Positions 22,701 to 33,686 of a stretch of 64,000 nucleotides of DNA are shown in pieces. The notes under the pieces were generated by a model that had not been told where the DNA came from, ran no database searches, and was given only the letters and a program-made list of their open reading frames with translations. The stretch's first letter is position 1, and every line of letters begins with the position of its first letter. The translations under genes were made by a program, and so were the position numbers. The stretch spans positions 2,752,001-2,816,000 of the forward strand of contig OY843751.1 of assembly GCA_963693055.1 (NCBI GenBank), read 5' to 3'. Source of the stretch: a bacterium. Its GTDB lineage: Bacteria; Zhuqueibacterota; Zhuqueibacteria; Residuimicrobiales; Krinioviventaceae.

Positions 22701-24113
22701 GGAACACCCGGCAAGTTGAATTCTGCTTGTACAGTTCAAAACCATCCACCTCAAATATTTTCAACTCCTGACACAAGCGCTTATAATGGACATTTATATA
22801 CCTATCAAATTGACGCAAGGGATATTGAGAATGATACGCTTTACTACGAGTTGGTCACAAATGGGGATTTCCTGGAAATTGATCCTGAAACTGGTTTCCT
22901 TTCAGGCACTCCCCAAGATTTACCCTATGGACGTATCACCAATGTTACCATTCGTGTAAGTGATGATTCATCAACATGGGTTGAACAATATATTCCGCTA
23001 ACAATAGATATATATACGACCAATATGGTAGTTAACGAGTTGTATATGCGAACGGATGACCTGACTAGTTACTATTTTATTGAATTGTATAATAACGATT
23101 CGAGAGGGTGCAATTTAAAGAATTGGCAATTAACTTCAAAAGGCACATTTATTATTGATTATTCATTTACCCTAAATCCTGGTGAATTCGTGACAATATC
23201 CAACGATACATCTGCCGTGCGGAGCATTTATCACAACATTGATCATATGGTGCAACTGGATGAAAGTTTTGAACTAGATAGCACCCTGGTTCTTAAAAAT
23301 GATAAAGGTCATTTGACAGATAGCATTCATGTCGATTATCTTATCAACAGTTTCCCCGATGCCGACGTTAATCTTTCACTTGAACTGGCTAACCCAAGCC
23401 TCGATAATTCAATAAAGTATGGGTGGACAGCAAATCAGATATTATTAGGTACTCCGGGATTTGTTAATACTGTCTATCAGGATACAACCAATTATCCACC
23501 ATTCACACCAGGGATTATTAAAGCAACAGAAGATACAGTTGATTTTAACAACTCTGTGACTTTAAAATGGAACAAGGCAGTAGATCTTGATAATGATGAT
23601 GTAGAATATACCATTTGGTTTGCAAGTTTTGGATCTTTATCAAGAGATACATTAATAACCGGTATTACCGATACTAGTTATACGCTTTTACTTGATGATG
23701 GTGTAACCAACGAACAATCAGGGATTCAGTGGAGCTTAAAAACATCGGATTCCATCTATGAAATCCAATATCCTGATACCGTGCACTTTTTTGTCGATTT
23801 TGCAACGGGTATAGACAAAGATGAAACCGTTCCATTGACATTTGATCTGTTACAAAATTATCCAAATCCATTTAATCCTGTAACTACAATTCAGTATAAT
23901 CTTGCTAAAAATACAAATGTGAATTTAACAATCTATAATATTCAGGGACAAATTGTAAAAACGCTTATAGATAACACTCAGGCTGCAGGTACATACCAGA
24001 TTAACTGGGATGCTACCAATCAATTTGGTTCCAAAGTATCAAGTGGACTATATTTTTATAAATTGACAACAAGTTCTTTTACAAAAACTAAAAAAATGAT
24101 TGTATTGGATTAA
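19767..24113 (+). CDS. Large secreted protein: beta-helix repeats, two lamin-tail domains, Ig-like domain and FlgD-Ig/T9SS-like CTD
   Basis: WTAANSPY start, Asn/Cys beta-helix repeats, [41 protein letters not shown]. Confidence 0.8.
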   Translation: MRAKLKKLFLVVMIFYSTCLFGLDVQGTIESDVTWTAANSPYNFTGDVYVQSSTLTIDENVVVNLNGNNLYVTYKYIGDGVYETYPGKLNATNVEFNSSASSQSTLIFDGHKYDGTIYHADGTLTNCTFVNVKIDIQKYSKPSLISCALTGANATAAITAQNGSFPTIQQCTISNYTFPMSIISGSQPVLVNNNFTGCLNEKILLSGDFTQRLYINQEYIELSDNYTLPNNGYTYVLLDDINIKGVKFTIASGNVLELDGNSIFVNYILYSQENELFTSQLLADDVSFVGDGDLLSTIEFEGYRLDDINYWTYGTLNNCDFDKVQIKSSWYSSPNITNSTFVSNLDGVAISCEHGGQPVILGNSFSSYLYPIGVYSHGNPTIQTGNTFDCINNSIAVSGDFKPVYSYKNNTHAFPSVYTFTNYDIPYQLDGDLNLSGKNISIPTSTEFNLNSHNLNILPFIGDVDYAGAVDINKSAFTNLNALGTINIYGVVDSDNPVMVNVDIDSSSFENISFHCYHTSEPRFTNNSFDSEFYGSAIVTHYGSSPVIDNNTFNGYDLAFGIEGFGTPELSNNDIDNCQYQGMGISGEFKQQYYDYDLNTYYIMSDSFYVESFGYPYYLSNDMTVKGCTVTFAPGLQVNLNGNNIIINYDYLDASTCVSGILYANQVKFANTDEQFSSIELDGTEYLGVGYYSQCYIEECTLENINFNVQSYAEPHIINNTLHANSGTAATLKFGSGITLQNNIIYGFENGVTIANECDPLIEYNDFIEFSGLAINNTSNSAIDAFNNYWGDPSGPSHSSNPEGAGVSISDNVNFDPYSNRAINTLLPAVVINEIMYNPVESPRDSTQFIELYNSDTVAVDLQGWTITNSVEFEFTEETIIEPNGYLVIADHPQSIQDFYGPVDNIHRWESASFADNQGTITIYNADGFLVDHVFFDAADLWPAKANGLGPSMELEDYNIDNNSASNWSASNEIFNPYGTPGKLNSACTVQNHPPQIFSTPDTSAYNGHLYTYQIDARDIENDTLYYELVTNGDFLEIDPETGFLSGTPQDLPYGRITNVTIRVSDDSSTWVEQYIPLTIDIYTTNMVVNELYMRTDDLTSYYFIELYNNDSRGCNLKNWQLTSKGTFIIDYSFTLNPGEFVTISNDTSAVRSIYHNIDHMVQLDESFELDSTLVLKNDKGHLTDSIHVDYLINSFPDADVNLSLELANPSLDNSIKYGWTANQILLGTPGFVNTVYQDTTNYPPFTPGIIKATEDTVDFNNSVTLKWNKAVDLDNDDVEYTIWFASFGSLSRDTLITGITDTSYTLLLDDGVTNEQSGIQWSLKTSDSIYEIQYPDTVHFFVDFATGIDKDETVPLTFDLLQNYPNPFNPVTTIQYNLAKNTNVNLTIYNIQGQIVKTLIDNTQAAGTYQINWDATNQFGSKVSSGLYFYKLTTSSFTKTKKMIVLD

Positions 24114-24133
24114 AGAAGGATGGGCGTGTATCC

Positions 24134-25162
24134 ATGGAAACCATGAAAGCACTTGTCAAAAAGCACCGAAAACCAGGATTATGGCTTGAAGAGGTTCCCA
24201 AACCAACAATTGGGAATACCGATTTACTGGTCAAGATCACTAAAACAGCAATTTGTGGTACAGATGTTCACATTTACAAATGGGATGAATGGTCGCAAAA
24301 AACCATAAAAACTCCCATGACCATAGGACATGAATTTGTTGGCGTTGTGGTTGAAAAGGGGGAGAATGTTACAAGATACAATATTGGGGATCGTGTGTCT
24401 GGTGAAGGACATATTGTGTGTGGCGTTTGCAGAAGCTGTAGAGCCGGACGTTTGCATTTGTGTACCAATACCATTGGTATTGGTGTGAACCGTAACGGAT
24501 GTTTTGCAGAATATCTAAGCCTTCCGGCATCAAATGCATGGAAGCTCAGCCAAAATATACCTGATGATACGGCCGCATATTTTGATCCTTATGGTAATGC
24601 TACACATTCAGCTTTATCATTTGATCTTGTTGGTGAAGATGTGCTCATAACCGGTGCGGGCCCCATAGGATTGATCAGTTGTGCAATTGCACGACACGTA
24701 GGCGCACGAAATATCGTTATTACTGATGTAAACGAATATCGTCTTGATCTTGCCAGAAAAATGGGAGCAACTTGTGCGGTAAATGTCGCAAAATCATCCA
24801 TAGAACAATGTCGTAAAGAATTAGGAATGATTGGCTTTGATATTGGCCTGGAAATGTCTGGTAATCCCGTTGCATTTGAATCTATGCTTGAGAACATGTA
24901 TCATGGTGGTAGAATTGCATTGCTGGGCATCTTGCCAGGCAGGGCATTGATTGATTGGGAGCAGATCATCTTTAAAGGATTGACCATTAAAGGTATTTAT
25001 GGGCGTGAAATGTTTGAAACCTGGTACAAGATGGAAACCATGCTGCAGAGTGGTCTGGATATTTCACCGGTATTAACACACCGTTTTCCATTTGAAGAAT
25101 TTGAATCTGGTTTTCAAGTAATGCTTTCAGGTAATTCCGGTAAAGTAGTACTTGAGCTATAA
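24134..25162 (+). CDS. tdh: L-threonine 3-dehydrogenase
   Basis: [14 protein letters not shown], structural Zn CxxCxx[21 protein letters not shown]. Confidence 0.95.
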   Translation: METMKALVKKHRKPGLWLEEVPKPTIGNTDLLVKITKTAICGTDVHIYKWDEWSQKTIKTPMTIGHEFVGVVVEKGENVTRYNIGDRVSGEGHIVCGVCRSCRAGRLHLCTNTIGIGVNRNGCFAEYLSLPASNAWKLSQNIPDDTAAYFDPYGNATHSALSFDLVGEDVLITGAGPIGLISCAIARHVGARNIVITDVNEYRLDLARKMGATCAVNVAKSSIEQCRKELGMIGFDIGLEMSGNPVAFESMLENMYHGGRIALLGILPGRALIDWEQIIFKGLTIKGIYGREMFETWYKMETMLQSGLDISPVLTHRFPFEEFESGFQVMLSGNSGKVVLEL

Positions 25163-25211
25163 AAGTCATTTGAATGTTTTACAGTAAATTATAAAGCGAG
25201 TTGGAGGCGCC

Positions 25212-26396
25212 ATGTACGGGGCTATCAAAGATGATTTACAGAAGCAATTGAACGAAATCAAAAATGCTGGATTGTATAAAAGTGAGCGCTTGATTACAAG
25301 CAAACAAGGTGCAGAAATTCAGGTTAAATCCGGAGCGGTTATCAATTTCTGTGCGAACAATTATTTAGGTTTGTCCGGTCATCCGCAAGTCATAAAGGCC
25401 GCTCAGAAAACAATGGATGAATGGGGATATGGTCTTTCATCTGTTCGTTTTATTTGTGGAACCCAGGATATTCATAAAGAATTGGAGGCAAAAGTATCTG
25501 AATTTTTAAAAACAGACGATACTATACTCTATGCTGCCTGTTTTGATGCTAATGGTGGGGTATTTGAACCCCTTTTTAACCAGGACTGTGCTATCATTAC
25601 AGATGCATTAAACCATGCTTCAATTATTGATGGAATCCGTTTAACCAAAGCCCAAAGACTTATATATAAGCATAATGACATGCAGGCTCTGGAAGAGAAA
25701 TTAAAAGCTACTCAGGATTCTAAATATCGGATTATTGCCACAGATGGGGTTTTTTCAATGGATGGAGATATTGCTCCTTTAAAAGAAATTTGTGATCTAG
25801 CCGACCGATATGATGCGTTAGTTATGGTAGACGATTGCCATGCTACTGGTTTTATGGGCAAAACCGGTAGAGGTATTACAGAGCATTGTGATGTTATGGG
25901 ACGAGTTGATATCATTACAACAACATTTGGTAAAGCTTTGGGTGGAGCATCCGGTGGATGTGTATCCGGCAGAAAAGAAATAATCGAATTTTTACGCCAG
26001 AAAAGCCGCCCTTATTTGTTCTCAAATACACTTGCGCCGGCAATTGTAGGAGCTACACTGCAAGTATTAGAAATGTTGACAGCAAGTACAGAGTTGCGAG
26101 ATAAACTGGAAGCTAACACCAAATATGTTCGTGATAAATTCTCAAGCCTGGGATTCGATATCAAGCCCGGCACACATCCCATTATTGCTGTAATGCTTTA
26201 TGATGAGAAAACAGCACATCAACTTGCTGATGCATTACTGGATGAAGGCATATATGTCATTGGCTTCAGTTATCCGGTTGTTCCAAAAGGACAAGCGCGC
26301 ATAAGAGTACAGATATCTGCAGCTCATGATAAAGAACACTTGGACAAGCTGGTTAATGCATTTGAAAAAGTTGGTAAATCCATGGGAGTTATATAA
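25212..26396 (+). CDS. kbl: 2-amino-3-ketobutyrate CoA ligase (glycine C-acetyltransferase)
   Basis: [39 protein letters not shown]; next to tdh. Confidence 0.95.
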   Translation: MYGAIKDDLQKQLNEIKNAGLYKSERLITSKQGAEIQVKSGAVINFCANNYLGLSGHPQVIKAAQKTMDEWGYGLSSVRFICGTQDIHKELEAKVSEFLKTDDTILYAACFDANGGVFEPLFNQDCAIITDALNHASIIDGIRLTKAQRLIYKHNDMQALEEKLKATQDSKYRIIATDGVFSMDGDIAPLKEICDLADRYDALVMVDDCHATGFMGKTGRGITEHCDVMGRVDIITTTFGKALGGASGGCVSGRKEIIEFLRQKSRPYLFSNTLAPAIVGATLQVLEMLTASTELRDKLEANTKYVRDKFSSLGFDIKPGTHPIIAVMLYDEKTAHQLADALLDEGIYVIGFSYPVVPKGQARIRVQISAAHDKEHLDKLVNAFEKVGKSMGVI

Positions 26397-26404
26397 TTTA
26401 AAAT

Positions 26405-26436
26405 GCCCGGAATATATACAGTTCCGGGCTTATTTT
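26405..26436 (+). terminator. Probable intrinsic terminator after kbl
   Basis: GCCCGGAA...TTCCGGGC followed by a T-rich tract. Confidence 0.55.
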
Positions 26437-26474
26437 TACTTTAATTCCAGCAAAAATATTCTTACATTCATTCC

Positions 26475-27536
26475 ATGAAAAATAAAAAACAAACAAAATC
26501 AGTTATGGTTGGCAATGTACAAATTGGTGGCGGTGCCCCTGTATCTGTACAATCCATGACCAATACAAAAACCAAAAATGTAAAAAAAACCCTAAAGCAA
26601 ATTCAATTGCTTGAAAGCGCAGGTTGCCAGATTGTTCGCTTGGCAGTAAATAATCAAAAAGCGCTTGAAGGTTTTGCCGAAATCCGTAAAAAAGTATCTA
26701 TTCCTCTGGTGGCGGATATTCATTTCGATCACAAATTGGCTCTTGGCGCAATGGATGCGGGAGCAGACAAGATCCGTATCAATCCCGGAAATATTGGCAA
26801 AGAAGAGCGGGTTAAAAAAGTTGTACAAAAAGCAATCGATTGCAATATACCTATCCGTGTAGGCGTAAATTCCGGGTCCATTTCCAAAATAATACTAAAG
26901 GAGGAGGGAGGCCCAACCGTTAATGCCTTGGTACGGAGCGGACTAGAGCACCTCGATCTTTGTCGTGAATTTGGAGCTGAACAACTTGTTTTGTCCTTAA
27001 AGTCTTCTGATGTTATAAAAACGATTGAGGCATATCGCCTTGCTGCAGAAAAAACGGATGTACCTCTGCATATAGGAATTACTGAAGCAGGTACCCTGAA
27101 ATCCGGTACCATCAAATCCGCTGTAGGTCTCGGTATTCTTTTGTATGAAGGCATTGGTGATACTCTTCGCGTATCCCTCACAGGTGATCCTGTTGATGAA
27201 GTGTATACAGGATTTGAAATTTTAAAGAGCTTGGGACTCTATGAAAAAGGGATTGAGATTATTTCTTGTCCCACTTGTGGTCGTACAGAAGTAGATTTGA
27301 TCTCTATTGTAAACGATGTAGAAACACGTCTAGCAAATGTACCAAAACATCTTACGGTTGCTATTATGGGATGTGTTGTAAACGGTCCCGGAGAAGCCAA
27401 AGAAGCGGATGTAGGTGTTGCTTGTGGAAAGAAAAGTGCAGTGCTCTTTAAAAAAGGCAAGATTATTAAAAAAATTAAAGAATCAGAAATTATTGATACT
27501 CTGGTGGATCAAGTACAAAACTGGCCGGATCAATAA
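26475..27536 (+). CDS. ispG: HMBPP synthase (MEP pathway)
   Basis: VQSMTNT, VADIHF, RINPGN, GVNSGS, SCPTCGR, MGCVVNGPGE. Confidence 0.96.
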   Translation: MKNKKQTKSVMVGNVQIGGGAPVSVQSMTNTKTKNVKKTLKQIQLLESAGCQIVRLAVNNQKALEGFAEIRKKVSIPLVADIHFDHKLALGAMDAGADKIRINPGNIGKEERVKKVVQKAIDCNIPIRVGVNSGSISKIILKEEGGPTVNALVRSGLEHLDLCREFGAEQLVLSLKSSDVIKTIEAYRLAAEKTDVPLHIGITEAGTLKSGTIKSAVGLGILLYEGIGDTLRVSLTGDPVDEVYTGFEILKSLGLYEKGIEIISCPTCGRTEVDLISIVNDVETRLANVPKHLTVAIMGCVVNGPGEAKEADVGVACGKKSAVLFKKGKIIKKIKESEIIDTLVDQVQNWPDQ

Positions 27537-27608
27537 ATTATATTTTTCTATTCATTATTTGAAAAATTTTTTAGTATATTTCCACACACAATTTGGAGGT
27601 TGTTAAGA

Positions 27609-28163
27609 ATGAAAAGACGGATTGTTACAGAAATTATATTAATACTTGTTCTCGTTTCCTTTTCTGTATTGGCACAGGGCAATGCACCAAACATAAACCT
27701 TACAAAGTTTAAATATGTTAATGTAGATACCGAAAACCTGAGAATGGGGCCCAACGACAAAGTCATTGGTACAGCCCTTAAAGGTACAACGGTTCAGGTT
27801 ATTCAGGAAACTGATGAATGGGCACTTGTGCAAATGGTTGCCTGGATATGGAAAGGATCCTTGACTAATGTCAAGCCTGATGTTTTAAAAGGCGAGTACC
27901 ATGCCTTGCATATAATGGTTTCTTCACGAGATCAGGCTGAATCCATTTTACGTGATTTAAAGAATGGTAAAAAAGAGTTCAGTGCCGCAGCCAAAGAATA
28001 TTCCATTGCACCCAGCGCACCAAAAGGCGGCGATCTCGGTTATTTCAACAAGGGTGATTTTTCCAAAGAATTTGAAGACGCAATATTGAAACTCAAAACG
28101 GATGAAATAAGCGAGGTTGTGCAAACACCGCTGGGATTCAATATTTTTAAACGCATTAAATAA
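27609..28163 (+). CDS. Secreted SH3b plus parvulin peptidyl-prolyl isomerase
   Basis: Signal peptide; ENLRMGP...W..V..WI (SH3b); HIMV, GGDLGYF, EFEDA, TPLGFNIF; GGAGG RBS. Confidence 0.8.
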   Translation: MKRRIVTEIILILVLVSFSVLAQGNAPNINLTKFKYVNVDTENLRMGPNDKVIGTALKGTTVQVIQETDEWALVQMVAWIWKGSLTNVKPDVLKGEYHALHIMVSSRDQAESILRDLKNGKKEFSAAAKEYSIAPSAPKGGDLGYFNKGDFSKEFEDAILKLKTDEISEVVQTPLGFNIFKRIK

Positions 28164-28166
28164 TCT

Positions 28167-28862
28167 ATGGAACGAATTTTAAAATCAGAAATGAACTGTT
28201 TAATTGTTTTGCCCGTCTACAATGAAGCGGATTATATTTCATCTCTGGTTAAATCGATTTTGTCATATCAAAATCATATAGATATACTTGTTGTCAATGA
28301 TGGGTCAACAGATGAAACGGAACTGGTGATTGACAAACTGCCTGTCAAGGTCATACATCATGACCAGAATAAAGGTAAAGGTGCGGCAATCCGCACAGCT
28401 ATTCAATATGGTAAACAATACGGATATGACTGGATCATTACCATGGATGGAGATGGCCAGCATCCTCCTGAATATTTGAATGACTTTCTTGAGGAAATAG
28501 CTCTGGACAGAGCTGATCTTGTTTTAGGAAATCGTCAATCCCGAGAACAGGGTATGCCATTTCACAGACGCTTGAGTAACGGTACTACATCTGTCATGGT
28601 ATCCTTGTGTGCCGGTAACAACAGAATTCATGACAGCCAGTGTGGATACCGGGCATTACGGTTAAATAAATTCCATGATTCAAATTATACCCAAACGGGA
28701 TTTCAATTTGAATCTGAAATGATTTTGAGAATGGGTAAATCCCGGTGTAGAATTAAAGAAATACCAGTTAGTACCCATTATGGAAATGAATCAAGCTCTA
28801 TACACCTGGTGTATGATACATTAAGATTTATTAAACTGATTATTAACAGTTTTTTATGGTAA
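28167..28862 (+). CDS. GT2 glycosyltransferase (polyprenol-phosphate mannose synthase-like)
   Basis: PVYNE, VNDGSTD, NKGKGAA, DGDGQH, DSQCGYR. Confidence 0.88.
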   Translation: MERILKSEMNCLIVLPVYNEADYISSLVKSILSYQNHIDILVVNDGSTDETELVIDKLPVKVIHHDQNKGKGAAIRTAIQYGKQYGYDWIITMDGDGQHPPEYLNDFLEEIALDRADLVLGNRQSREQGMPFHRRLSNGTTSVMVSLCAGNNRIHDSQCGYRALRLNKFHDSNYTQTGFQFESEMILRMGKSRCRIKEIPVSTHYGNESSSIHLVYDTLRFIKLIINSFLW

Positions 28863-28871
28863 AGGAAAATT

Positions 28872-29369
28872 ATGCAGGAACAGATTATACATTATTTATC
28901 ATCGTTACCCAACGAATTGATTACTGTCATTATATCCATGCTGCCTATTGTCGAGTTGCGTGGAGCAATTCCCTGGGCATTAGCGGGTCCACCCATTGGT
29001 GGAGGAATGCCGATTTATTCCGCTGTGTTTTTCGCAATTATTGGCAATTTGATACCGGTAATACCCTTGCTGTTGTTTTTTGAAAAAATCTACAAATGGT
29101 TATCACCTGTACCAATATTTAACCGATTCTTTGAATGGCTGTTCAAGCGTACCCGTAAAAAAGGCGAACTGATTGAAAAGTACGAGTTTTGGGGACTTGT
29201 TGTTTTTGTGGGAATTCCCTTGCCGGTAACAGGGGCCTGGACAGGTACACTGGCTGCTTTTTTATTTGGAATAAAATTGTGGAAATCTTTTCTAGCCATA
29301 ATTTTGGGCTTGCTTATGTCTTCCACAATTGTTACCTTATTAAGCTTGGGAGTTATTAGCTTATTTTAA
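28872..29369 (+). CDS. Putative small multi-drug export protein (COG2426-like)
   Basis: MLPIVELRGAIP and FVGIPLPVTGAWTG. Confidence 0.85.
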   Translation: MQEQIIHYLSSLPNELITVIISMLPIVELRGAIPWALAGPPIGGGMPIYSAVFFAIIGNLIPVIPLLLFFEKIYKWLSPVPIFNRFFEWLFKRTRKKGELIEKYEFWGLVVFVGIPLPVTGAWTGTLAAFLFGIKLWKSFLAIILGLLMSSTIVTLLSLGVISLF

Positions 29370-29376
29370 AAAAGAT

Positions 29377-29451
29377 CGGGGCGTAGCGCAGTCCGGTTAG
29401 CGCGCCTGCTTCGGGAGTAGGAGGTCGGAAGTTCGAATCTTCTCGCCCCGA
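29377..29451 (+). tRNA. tRNA-Pro(CGG), CCA not encoded
   Basis: CGGGGCG/CGCCCCG acceptor stem, anticodon loop TTCGGGA, T-loop TTCGAAT. Confidence 0.96.
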
Positions 29452-29455
29452 CTTT

Positions 29456-29488
29456 AAGCCTTTATCCAATAATGGATATAGGCTTTTT
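29456..29488 (+). terminator. tRNA terminator
   Basis: AAGCCTTTATCCA...TGGATATAGGCTT followed by T run. Confidence 0.7.
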
Positions 29489-29669
29489 ATAATTTATAAT
29501 CACAAAACACTTAAAAATGATAATATCAAACTTAATTGATAAAGTTGTTAATATCTTGAAACTCATTTTTTTTATTTAAATATAAAAAATCCCATTTTAG
29601 AAATGAATCCATTAAATTTAATTTGATGTGAAATTTTTAAATAATAAACAATCCAAAAGGGGGGAATTG

Positions 29670-30644
29670 ATGCAAAAAATATTTATTGCTTTAATCTTAC
29701 TTTGTCATTTTGCTTTTGCAGGTTATGGCGTTGGCACTTCTGCATATATTTCATTAACATCCATGCCACCAGATGCACCAGAGTTGTCTGCCCCTGCGCA
29801 TGGTACAACAGGTATAGCTGATTCGACTGTTCTGTCTTGGCATTCACAAATCCATACATCGGGCTTTAATCTACAATTATCCACAACTCCGGATTTTGAA
29901 ACAGCTCTGGTAGATAAAGCAGATATTGGTGATACCTTGTACGCTGCTTCAGATCTTGCTCGTGAAACCCTTCATTACTGGCGCGTGAGTGCGGTAAATG
30001 CTGCGGGTATAAGCGACTATTCAACCGTTTGGTTCTTTACTACATTAAAAGCTGTAGCTATTGCACCAATTTTATATCAACCAGAAGACGGTTCAATGAG
30101 CATTAATCCCAATGTAGAACTTCGATGGAACAACGTTCCTGGTGCTCTATCATATCATTTACAGGTTTCAGAACAAAATGATTTTTCAACTTTAACTATT
30201 GATGAGAGCAACTTGACCAATGTTTGGTATCAGGTTGATCTGGAAATGGAAAAAAACTGGTACTGGCGAGTCAGCGCCACCAATGAAGGCGGTGAAGGTG
30301 AATTTTCAAACAACTGGACTTTTAGCACATGGTCTACAGGTATTGAAAACGGTGAAGCCTTGCCCAAAACCTTTGCTTTGTTACCGGTTTACCCAAATCC
30401 TTTTAATCCCACTGCTTATATAACGTATCATCTGCCCAAAACATCAGATTTATCGCTCATAATTTACAACAGTGTCGGCCAGTCAATTCGTACACTGGTA
30501 TCGGGGCAACAGCAAGCCGGACGATATACAATACAATGGGATGGTCACGATAACTATGGCCATTCCGTTACCAGTGGTATGTATCTGTGCCGTTTCACAT
30601 GTGGTGACCACGTATTTATTCAAAAGATGCTATTATTGCGATAA
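29670..30644 (+). CDS. Secreted protein: two FN3-like domains plus FlgD-Ig/T9SS-like CTD
   Basis: Signal peptide; YWRVSA twice; YPNPFNP...KMLLLR. Confidence 0.8.
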   Translation: MQKIFIALILLCHFAFAGYGVGTSAYISLTSMPPDAPELSAPAHGTTGIADSTVLSWHSQIHTSGFNLQLSTTPDFETALVDKADIGDTLYAASDLARETLHYWRVSAVNAAGISDYSTVWFFTTLKAVAIAPILYQPEDGSMSINPNVELRWNNVPGALSYHLQVSEQNDFSTLTIDESNLTNVWYQVDLEMEKNWYWRVSATNEGGEGEFSNNWTFSTWSTGIENGEALPKTFALLPVYPNPFNPTAYITYHLPKTSDLSLIIYNSVGQSIRTLVSGQQQAGRYTIQWDGHDNYGHSVTSGMYLCRFTCGDHVFIQKMLLLR

Positions 30645-30679
30645 TTCGTTGAATGTAGATCTGAAACCAAGAGGCAGAC

Positions 30680-33472
30680 ATGAAAAAAACTATAATTTTA
30701 ATGATATTAATTTTGATTAGTGGATTATTGTATGCAGCTGATCCGGTTATTGAGAATGTACGTGTTGAACAGCGAACTGACGGCTCATTGCTTGTTGATG
30801 TTTATTTTGATGTATCTGATTCTGACGGAGATACATTAGCTGTTGCAATAAATGTATCTGATGATAATGGAACAAGCTGGATACCATGTTCAAGTGTAAG
30901 TGGAGATGTGGGTATAAATGTAATTTCCGGTAGTGCAAAACATATAGTATGGGATTTTTTTAAAGACAATCCAAATATCCGTGGGGATAATTTTCAAGTT
31001 AAAGTAATTGCTGCTGACAAGGAAACGCTTTTGGATATTGATGGTAATATTTATAAAACAGTACAGATTGGTACTCAGATTTGGATGGTTGAAGATTTAA
31101 AAGTAACTCATTATCGAAACGGGGAGCCAATCCCTAATGTAATTGACGATGTAGAATGGAGTCGTTTAGCTACAGGTGCTTTTTGTTATTATGATAATGC
31201 AGACAGTAATGCTGCAAATTATGGTGCTCTCTATAATTGGTACGCAATTGATGATGATAGAAACATTGCTCCGGAAGGCTGGCATGTTCCCACGGATGAA
31301 GAATGGAAACAAATGGAGCTTTCTCTGGGCATGAGCCAGAATGAAGTCAATGATAGTGGTTGGCGTGGTCCGAACGTAGGTAGCAAACTTAAGGACAATG
31401 ATTTACGGTACTGGAATAATGAAAACAATGGAGCAACCAACGAAAGCGGATTTAGTGCCAGACCAGGCGGATATCGTAATAATTATAATGGAAGTTTTCA
31501 TGAAAAAGGCAATGCTGTACTTTTATGGACTGCTACAGAATATAATAATAGCTCTGCATGGAATCGCAATCTGTTTTATGAAGATAGTGAAATCTACAGG
31601 GGGAGCTCCCAGAAGCGTCTTGGCACTGCGGTTCGTCTTGTGAGGGATACTGCTGCTGAAGCAATCCTTACAAGTGTAAGTATTACTCCACAAGATACGA
31701 TATTGTACACAAACGAATCCTGTCAATTTACCTGCATGGCAAACTTTAGTGATGGCAGAACAAAGGATGTGACCGGTAATGCTCTCTGGAGTATTACATC
31801 GGATGATTGCGGTTCAATTAACAGCCAAGGCCTATTCAAAGCAGATAGTATTGCTGCTGGAGAAGTAACAATACAGGTTGAATATTTAGATTTTAACCAT
31901 ACTGCAACAATTAAGATAATACATGAAACAGGCACTATGACAGACATTGACGGTAATGTTTATCAGACTGTGCATATCGGCAACCAATGGTGGATGGCTG
32001 AAAATTTACGGGTAACTCACTATAGAAATGGAGACCCTATTTCAAATATGACAAATAATGAGGAATGGGTGGGTTTATCGACCGGTGCCTACTGTTATTA
32101 TGATAATGATGGTAGCAACGCCTCTTCTTTTGGTACACTATATAACTGGTTTAGTGTAAATGATGAACGAAACATTGCACCTGACGGCTGGCATGTTCCT
32201 ACAGATGAAGAATGGCAAATGTTGGTTGATTATCTAGACAATGACGATGGAGCCGGAGGAAAACTCAAAGAAATCGGTACTCTTGAGTCAGAAAATGGAT
32301 TATGGCATGAGCCTAATACAGGAGCAACCAACATAAGTGGTTTCAATGCACGCCCCTGTGGACAACGCTATTACAAAGATGGTAGCTATAGATTTATTAA
32401 TTACTATAATTTTTATTGGTCTTCTACAGATTATCAAAATAGTTATAATAATGCATGGGGTAGAAGCTTGAGGTATAATGCTGAAAGAGTTTCTAGAAAC
32501 GATTATAGCAAAAATTATGGATTCTGTATTCGTTTAATAAGAAATGAATCCAATCAACCAAGCTTGACTGGGATTAATATAATTCCAAACGATACTACTT
32601 TTTACAATATGCAAACATTTGATTTTGATTGTTTAATACACTATAGTGATGGTTCAACTCAAAATGGAAATTGGGCAGTTAACTGGACGATTGCTTCAGG
32701 AGAAGCCGGTAGTATTAATAACCAGGGGCACTTTATAGCTGACAGTATAGCAGCAGGTAAAGTAACTATTCAAGCTGAATATAATGGTTTTATAGATTCG
32801 GCAACGGTGACAGTTATGCATGAAACTGGTACAATGACAGATATTGACGGCAATGTCTATCAAACTGTACGAATTGGTAATCAATGGTGGTTAGCAGAAA
32901 ACCTTAAAGTAATTCACTATCGTAATGGTGACCCAATACCTAATGTTACAGATGGTACAGAATGGGGACACCTAACTACTGGTGCCTATTGTTATTATGA
33001 AAATGATAGTAGCAATGCTCAGAACTATGGTACCCTGTACAATTGGTATGCTGTAAATGATGAACGAAACATTGCACCTGAAGGGTGGCATGTTCCTACG
33101 GATGATGAATGGAAAGAGTTGGAAATGTACCTTGGTATGAGTCAAAACGAAGCGAATTATACTGGTTGGGGGCGTGGTTCAGATGAAGGTAGTAAACTCA
33201 AAGAGACAGGAACTATTGAAGATGGCACTGGCTATTGGTATGGACCTAACACAGATGCGACTAATGAAAGCGGATTCAGTGCGCGTGCAGGTGGTTCGCG
33301 AAATAGTACAAGTGGTGATTTCAACATGATAGGTAAATGGACCCAGTATTGGACTGCAACGGAGTATAACAATTACGCCTGGTTCAGAGACCTGGATTAT
33401 GGTAACGAAAAAATAAACCGAAATCATTGGTATAAAATTGACGGTTATTCTATACGTCTTGTTCAGGATTGA
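30680..33472 (+). CDS. Secreted protein with three Fibrobacter succinogenes major (FISUMP) domains and two Ig-like linkers
   Basis: Three copies of DIDGN.Y.TV.IG.Q.W...L.V.HYRNG, YNW, PxGWHVPT..EW and G..(V/I)RL. Confidence 0.9.
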   Translation: MKKTIILMILILISGLLYAADPVIENVRVEQRTDGSLLVDVYFDVSDSDGDTLAVAINVSDDNGTSWIPCSSVSGDVGINVISGSAKHIVWDFFKDNPNIRGDNFQVKVIAADKETLLDIDGNIYKTVQIGTQIWMVEDLKVTHYRNGEPIPNVIDDVEWSRLATGAFCYYDNADSNAANYGALYNWYAIDDDRNIAPEGWHVPTDEEWKQMELSLGMSQNEVNDSGWRGPNVGSKLKDNDLRYWNNENNGATNESGFSARPGGYRNNYNGSFHEKGNAVLLWTATEYNNSSAWNRNLFYEDSEIYRGSSQKRLGTAVRLVRDTAAEAILTSVSITPQDTILYTNESCQFTCMANFSDGRTKDVTGNALWSITSDDCGSINSQGLFKADSIAAGEVTIQVEYLDFNHTATIKIIHETGTMTDIDGNVYQTVHIGNQWWMAENLRVTHYRNGDPISNMTNNEEWVGLSTGAYCYYDNDGSNASSFGTLYNWFSVNDERNIAPDGWHVPTDEEWQMLVDYLDNDDGAGGKLKEIGTLESENGLWHEPNTGATNISGFNARPCGQRYYKDGSYRFINYYNFYWSSTDYQNSYNNAWGRSLRYNAERVSRNDYSKNYGFCIRLIRNESNQPSLTGINIIPNDTTFYNMQTFDFDCLIHYSDGSTQNGNWAVNWTIASGEAGSINNQGHFIADSIAAGKVTIQAEYNGFIDSATVTVMHETGTMTDIDGNVYQTVRIGNQWWLAENLKVIHYRNGDPIPNVTDGTEWGHLTTGAYCYYENDSSNAQNYGTLYNWYAVNDERNIAPEGWHVPTDDEWKELEMYLGMSQNEANYTGWGRGSDEGSKLKETGTIEDGTGYWYGPNTDATNESGFSARAGGSRNSTSGDFNMIGKWTQYWTATEYNNYAWFRDLDYGNEKINRNHWYKIDGYSIRLVQD

Positions 33473-33545
33473 GTAAAAGCAGCATGTATTAAGAACTACT
33501 TTGAATAGTTAATAAATGGATTGGCAGATTTGAGCAATAAGGACA

Positions 33546-33598
33546 CGCGCCTGGTTCGGGAGTAGGAGGTCGGAAGTTCGAATCTTCTCGCCCCGACT
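33546..33598 (+). repeat. att-like direct copy of the tRNA-Pro 3' part
   Basis: 52 of 53 nt identical to 29401-29453. Confidence 0.95.
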
Positions 33599-33600
33599 GT

Positions 33601-33644
33601 AAAACAAGAGGTTAGCTAAATGTTTAGCTGACCTCTTGTTTTTT
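33601..33644. terminator. Terminator hairpin after the att copy, convergent with the integrase
   Basis: AAAACAAGAGGTTAGCTAAA/TTTAGCTGACCTCTTGTTTT. Confidence 0.8.
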
Positions 33645-33686
33645 ATAGAGATATCTTAGTCATGATATGGTCCAAACGGTCTTTCA

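Larger units (their letters stand above)
29454..33598. mobile_element. Island A at tRNA-Pro (no integrase inside)
   Basis: Bounded by the tRNA 3' end and its 53-bp direct copy at 33546-33598. Confidence 0.75.

Noticed and set aside
33546-33598. A second tRNA-Pro gene
   Set aside because: It lacks the 5' acceptor strand and D-arm, so it is an att duplication.
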